This document shows, one piece after another, positions 60,831 to 64,000 of a stretch of DNA of 64,000 bases. The DNA comes from Neoechinorhynchus agilis (lineage: Eukaryota; Animalia; Acanthocephala): contig CM121341.1 of assembly GCA_051530055.1 (NCBI GenBank), positions 3,214,151 through 3,278,150 of the forward strand. The letters run 5' to 3'. The position numbers and the translations under genes were made by a program. The notes beneath the pieces were generated by a model. The model saw only the letters and a list, made by a program, of their open reading frames with translations. It was not told the DNA's origin and made no database searches. Numbering within the stretch: position 1 is the first letter of the stretch; every line of letters starts with the position of its first letter.

Positions 60831-61829
60831 ATGACCATGAGTAAAAAGGAAGACGAGAAAATTCAACGGAGTAATCCATTGGATTCTGATACTTACAAAG
60901 ATTTAATCACTATGTCTATCGCAAGCAGCCTGCACGGTTATCTCACTCAACATGGCATCTATATTTGGATCATCCAAAACTTTGAATACTTCAGACAGCG
61001 ACAACGGTTTTCTCTTTGCAAACAATCGAAAAGTGCCACCCGCCACAGTCCCTCCGTTAATGAAAAGTTTTATCGGTTTCCACCTACCAATCGTAAAAGA
61101 CCATCGCTTTGGGCTATAAATCCAAATTACAAAAAAGGAATACCGAATAGAAAACGAAGAATTGATTCATTCACAGGAGATCAAGGGGCCGTGGAGGCAC
61201 GCCGTCCGAAAAATACACCCCATCATTCGCAGCAATGCGATGCCACTTTCGACCTTCAAAATAATCCATTCATAAGCAATCCGACGAACACTAATGGATT
61301 CATTTTTAATAGTTCACTAAATGTACCGCCTGCGGATATAAATGCCGGCATCGGTCAAAATTCTTTTGCCTATTTCGACAAACAAAACCCGGAATTCGGA
61401 TTCCAACCGCTTTTAAATGCGTACAATTCGACCGCAGTAGCTACAAATCCCCAAGTTTCCACGAATGTGGCAACAAATCCGACTTATGGATATCAAGGTC
61501 AACAGTTGGTCCAACAACAGTTTTTCAACAATGGACAAGTTCAAAATGCTCAACATTACTCTAATGGCTATCATGGAGGCCAAAGCACTTACCAAAATAC
61601 TCCACAAACCATGCAATTCTATCAACCAAATAACGATTTTAATTTCAATCAGCAACAACCTACACAAAACGTACAGATTTCCTCTCAAAACCAATGTGCT
61701 CCTCAGAATTATTTAAATGCAAGCGAAGTGATTAAACGTCAATTTCCAGTCCAAAACGAAGCAAGAGATCAAGCCTTTGAACCTAATAGTAGACCCTCGA
61801 ACGATCCTCCTTTTACTGAACCAAATTGA
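60831..61829 (+). CDS. Divergent forkhead-domain protein with a Q/N-rich C-terminus
   Basis: TYKDLITMSIASS..LTQHGIYIWIIQNFEYFR..RHSPSVNEKF..SLWAINP. Confidence 0.8.
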   Translation: MTMSKKEDEKIQRSNPLDSDTYKDLITMSIASSLHGYLTQHGIYIWIIQNFEYFRQRQRFSLCKQSKSATRHSPSVNEKFYRFPPTNRKRPSLWAINPNYKKGIPNRKRRIDSFTGDQGAVEARRPKNTPHHSQQCDATFDLQNNPFISNPTNTNGFIFNSSLNVPPADINAGIGQNSFAYFDKQNPEFGFQPLLNAYNSTAVATNPQVSTNVATNPTYGYQGQQLVQQQFFNNGQVQNAQHYSNGYHGGQSTYQNTPQTMQFYQPNNDFNFNQQQPTQNVQISSQNQCAPQNYLNASEVIKRQFPVQNEARDQAFEPNSRPSNDPPFTEPN

Positions 61830-62414
61830 AATCAACGTTTAGAGCAACATTTAGTAGATGATTGCATATTCCAAGTGCAATCTTGAGTTGTGCCTCAAAT
61901 AGTGTTGCGCATCTCTTAGATAAATTAGATTTAGCGTAAATTTAGTGATTATTGGCGGTTGGGGGATATTATAGCTGAGTTAAATATATGACTGGATTTC
62001 ACACGGTGATCAATGAGCTCATTTAAATGCTACTAACTTTTTCGTGCTAGTTTTTGTGATCGTCTATTCCAGTCCTACCAAAAAGATGGTTGCAAAATTT
62101 AGACCAAAATGGAGTCCTAAATCTTGGTATAATTTTTCTTTATTAAAGGATCTAAATTGCACGTTGTGATGCTCCTCTTCGGAGCACCTTTATTTTACGC
62201 GCTGTTTATGGATAAAAATTGCGCTGCGATATCCAAGAATAGTTGGTCACCATGATTTCGGATTCATCGACCGTTTTCAAGAGAATTTTCTCATAAGAAT
62301 TGGCAAGGTATACTTTGGAGAATACACGCATTCGGAATGAACTTCGATATTTTAAAGAGATTATTGAAATCGACTATGCCATTATGGCATTAAACAAGTA
62401 TTCTCTAATAAGTT

Positions 62415-62870
62415 TCATACAATGGTAGCGCTTATACATCTTAATGAAAAGGAATTATAAAAATGGTCAAAGAAATTGACATTACAGTTGACTACTTCCC
62501 TCTTATGATCATCTTCCTCGCGATTGTGAAGATAAGATTCGAGCCAGCGGATATGCCACAAGTTGAGACCAAAATCGGAGAAGGGCCGGAGAAGGAGTGA
62601 ATGGTCCACGGAGTCGAAAGCGTTCGATAAATCAAGTTGAATGAGACGGGTTAAACGGGAGGGATTACTGTCGAGGTTACTTAAGAGCGTGTCATAAATG
62701 TAAAGTACAGCGCCGGTTGTAGAAAATTTGGGCCAGAAGCCAAATTGTAGGGGCGATAACTTTTCCTGGAGTGAAAAAAGGCGAGATTTAAAACACTTTT
62801 CGATGATTTTTGAATGGATATTTGACGGAATAAACTTTTGGTTAACATAGACCCGGTCATAACCTATTTG
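62415..62870 (-). mobile_element. L2/CR1-type RT fragment
   Basis: KIIEKC..LSPLQFGFWPKFSTT..QLDLSNAFDSVDHSLLL..WLESYLHNR. Confidence 0.88.
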
Positions 62871-62874
62871 ATTT

Positions 62875-63670
62875 TGATTTATTTGAGATATTTCGCGAGG
62901 TAACCTCGCCTCATCAGTCATCTAAAAATATGTTTTTCATCTTAAGTTTTTAAGCTCGAGTGCGCGGTATCGCCTAACCCGAAGGTCGGGGACCAATTAT
63001 TCGCTCGGCTATACTGCGTTTTTCCATGATTTTAGTATTGATTTTTAACACGTCGCTGGTTAGAAGTTTCAAGCTAAAATTAGCTTTATTTCCTTCCATT
63101 GTGTTGGACACAGCGATGTGTAAGGCCTCCAAAACAAGCCGCCTTTTTAGGTTTTGCTCTATTTCTATAAAGTGCCACCAAAATCCACTCGATGCTTACA
63201 TGCCTCTCGACGATTAGAGATTGCTGACGAATGCTCAAATCGACTGCAGACTTGCTATTGTTGAGTGACCCTCTTCTCGATGCCTTGTATCGTTTGTCCG
63301 ATATAGACTTTCTCACACTGATCACAGTGAATTCAATAGATCTCATGGGTCGGCTCAGTTTTACCCTTCCTCTTGGATGTGCATCTGAGAGCGATTCCTT
63401 TAGTACTGTATAGACGAATTCCAACCTTCTTATTCATAATGGAGTAAATCATTTGATTCGTGTCATCATCAATGAAGTGCGCTTCCCCGGTCTATAATCC
63501 TTTTGGGATATCCCCTCATTTTCAGCTCCTTTACTATAATCTCCCTTTCCCAGCCGAGATTTTATGGGTCATCGGTTGGTAACTTGATCAGTGTGGTGGT
63601 CCTCATGGTAGATTCGTCTTGCGATAAAGTCCTAATTTTGCCTTGTGCAGGACGCTTGACAGGGACGTCC
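62875..63670 (-). mobile_element. Degenerate Penelope-like element (RT C-terminus and GIY-YIG)
   Basis: SFLDVPV..LYRK; GQTIQGIEKRVTQ..SAISN..HRVDF; same family as 7540-8465 and 45690-46215. Confidence 0.8.
62878..62920 (-). ncRNA. Minimal type I hammerhead at a PLE 3' end
   Basis: Minus strand TGA-CTGATGA-G-GCGAGG-TTA-CCTCGC-GAAA-TATC^TCA-AATAAA. Confidence 0.78.
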
Positions 63671-64000
63671 AGGAACGAGACCTCAAAGAGCTTCCATTTC
63701 GCACTGAATAGCTTCCGCTGATATATCATTAACTGTGCTCATCGCTTCAATTAATGAGTTCTTTAGAGTTTCAGTAACTCGTTTAAAGCATTTCTTTAGT
63801 GCGACATCAATAAGAGTAGAATACTTGGCTGATTCTCGTTCACTGTTCGTTGATTTGTTAAGGGAGTAGATGTTGAGCATCTTAGTTTAGCGAATATTTT
63901 TGCAGAATAGCACGTTTTTTATCGTTTGTAAAAACCCTATTAAACATCGTAAATTTTTCACTTGAGTTTTTGTTAGTAGGGAAAATCTATAAAAATTTGA

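Overview
Compact, AT-rich animal genomic DNA, not prokaryotic. Ciliary, homeobox and forkhead genes are present, with short introns of mostly 41-51 nt and relaxed GT donors. Genes supported: a tetraspan claudin/PMP22-like gene (two copies), a PTRHD1 pseudogene, CC2D2A, MTHFR, AURKAIP1/mS38, a K50 paired-like homeobox, a Roadblock-like/acidic protein, CTU2, TSSC4, a TspO-like protein, a catalytic-only diacylglycerol kinase, SERP1/RAMP4, a small secreted protein and a divergent forkhead. Intergenic DNA is dominated by CRE-clade RLE non-LTR retrotransposons, Penelope-like elements (PLEs) with inverted pseudo-LTRs, L2/CR1 and Gypsy fragments, MITE-like palindromes, several tandem repeats and a rearranged duplication at about 10 kb spacing. 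The most striking signal is at 2006-2069: a complete hammerhead ribozyme core whose three strands occur in a non-circularly permuted order, directly behind a tRNA-derived Pol III promoter inside a PLE-like repeat structure. The window also holds a series of minimal hammerheads at PLE 3' ends and two candidate non-canonical, hairpin-bounded introns (MTHFR, CTU2). All homology calls come from motif recognition by eye; no database searches were run.
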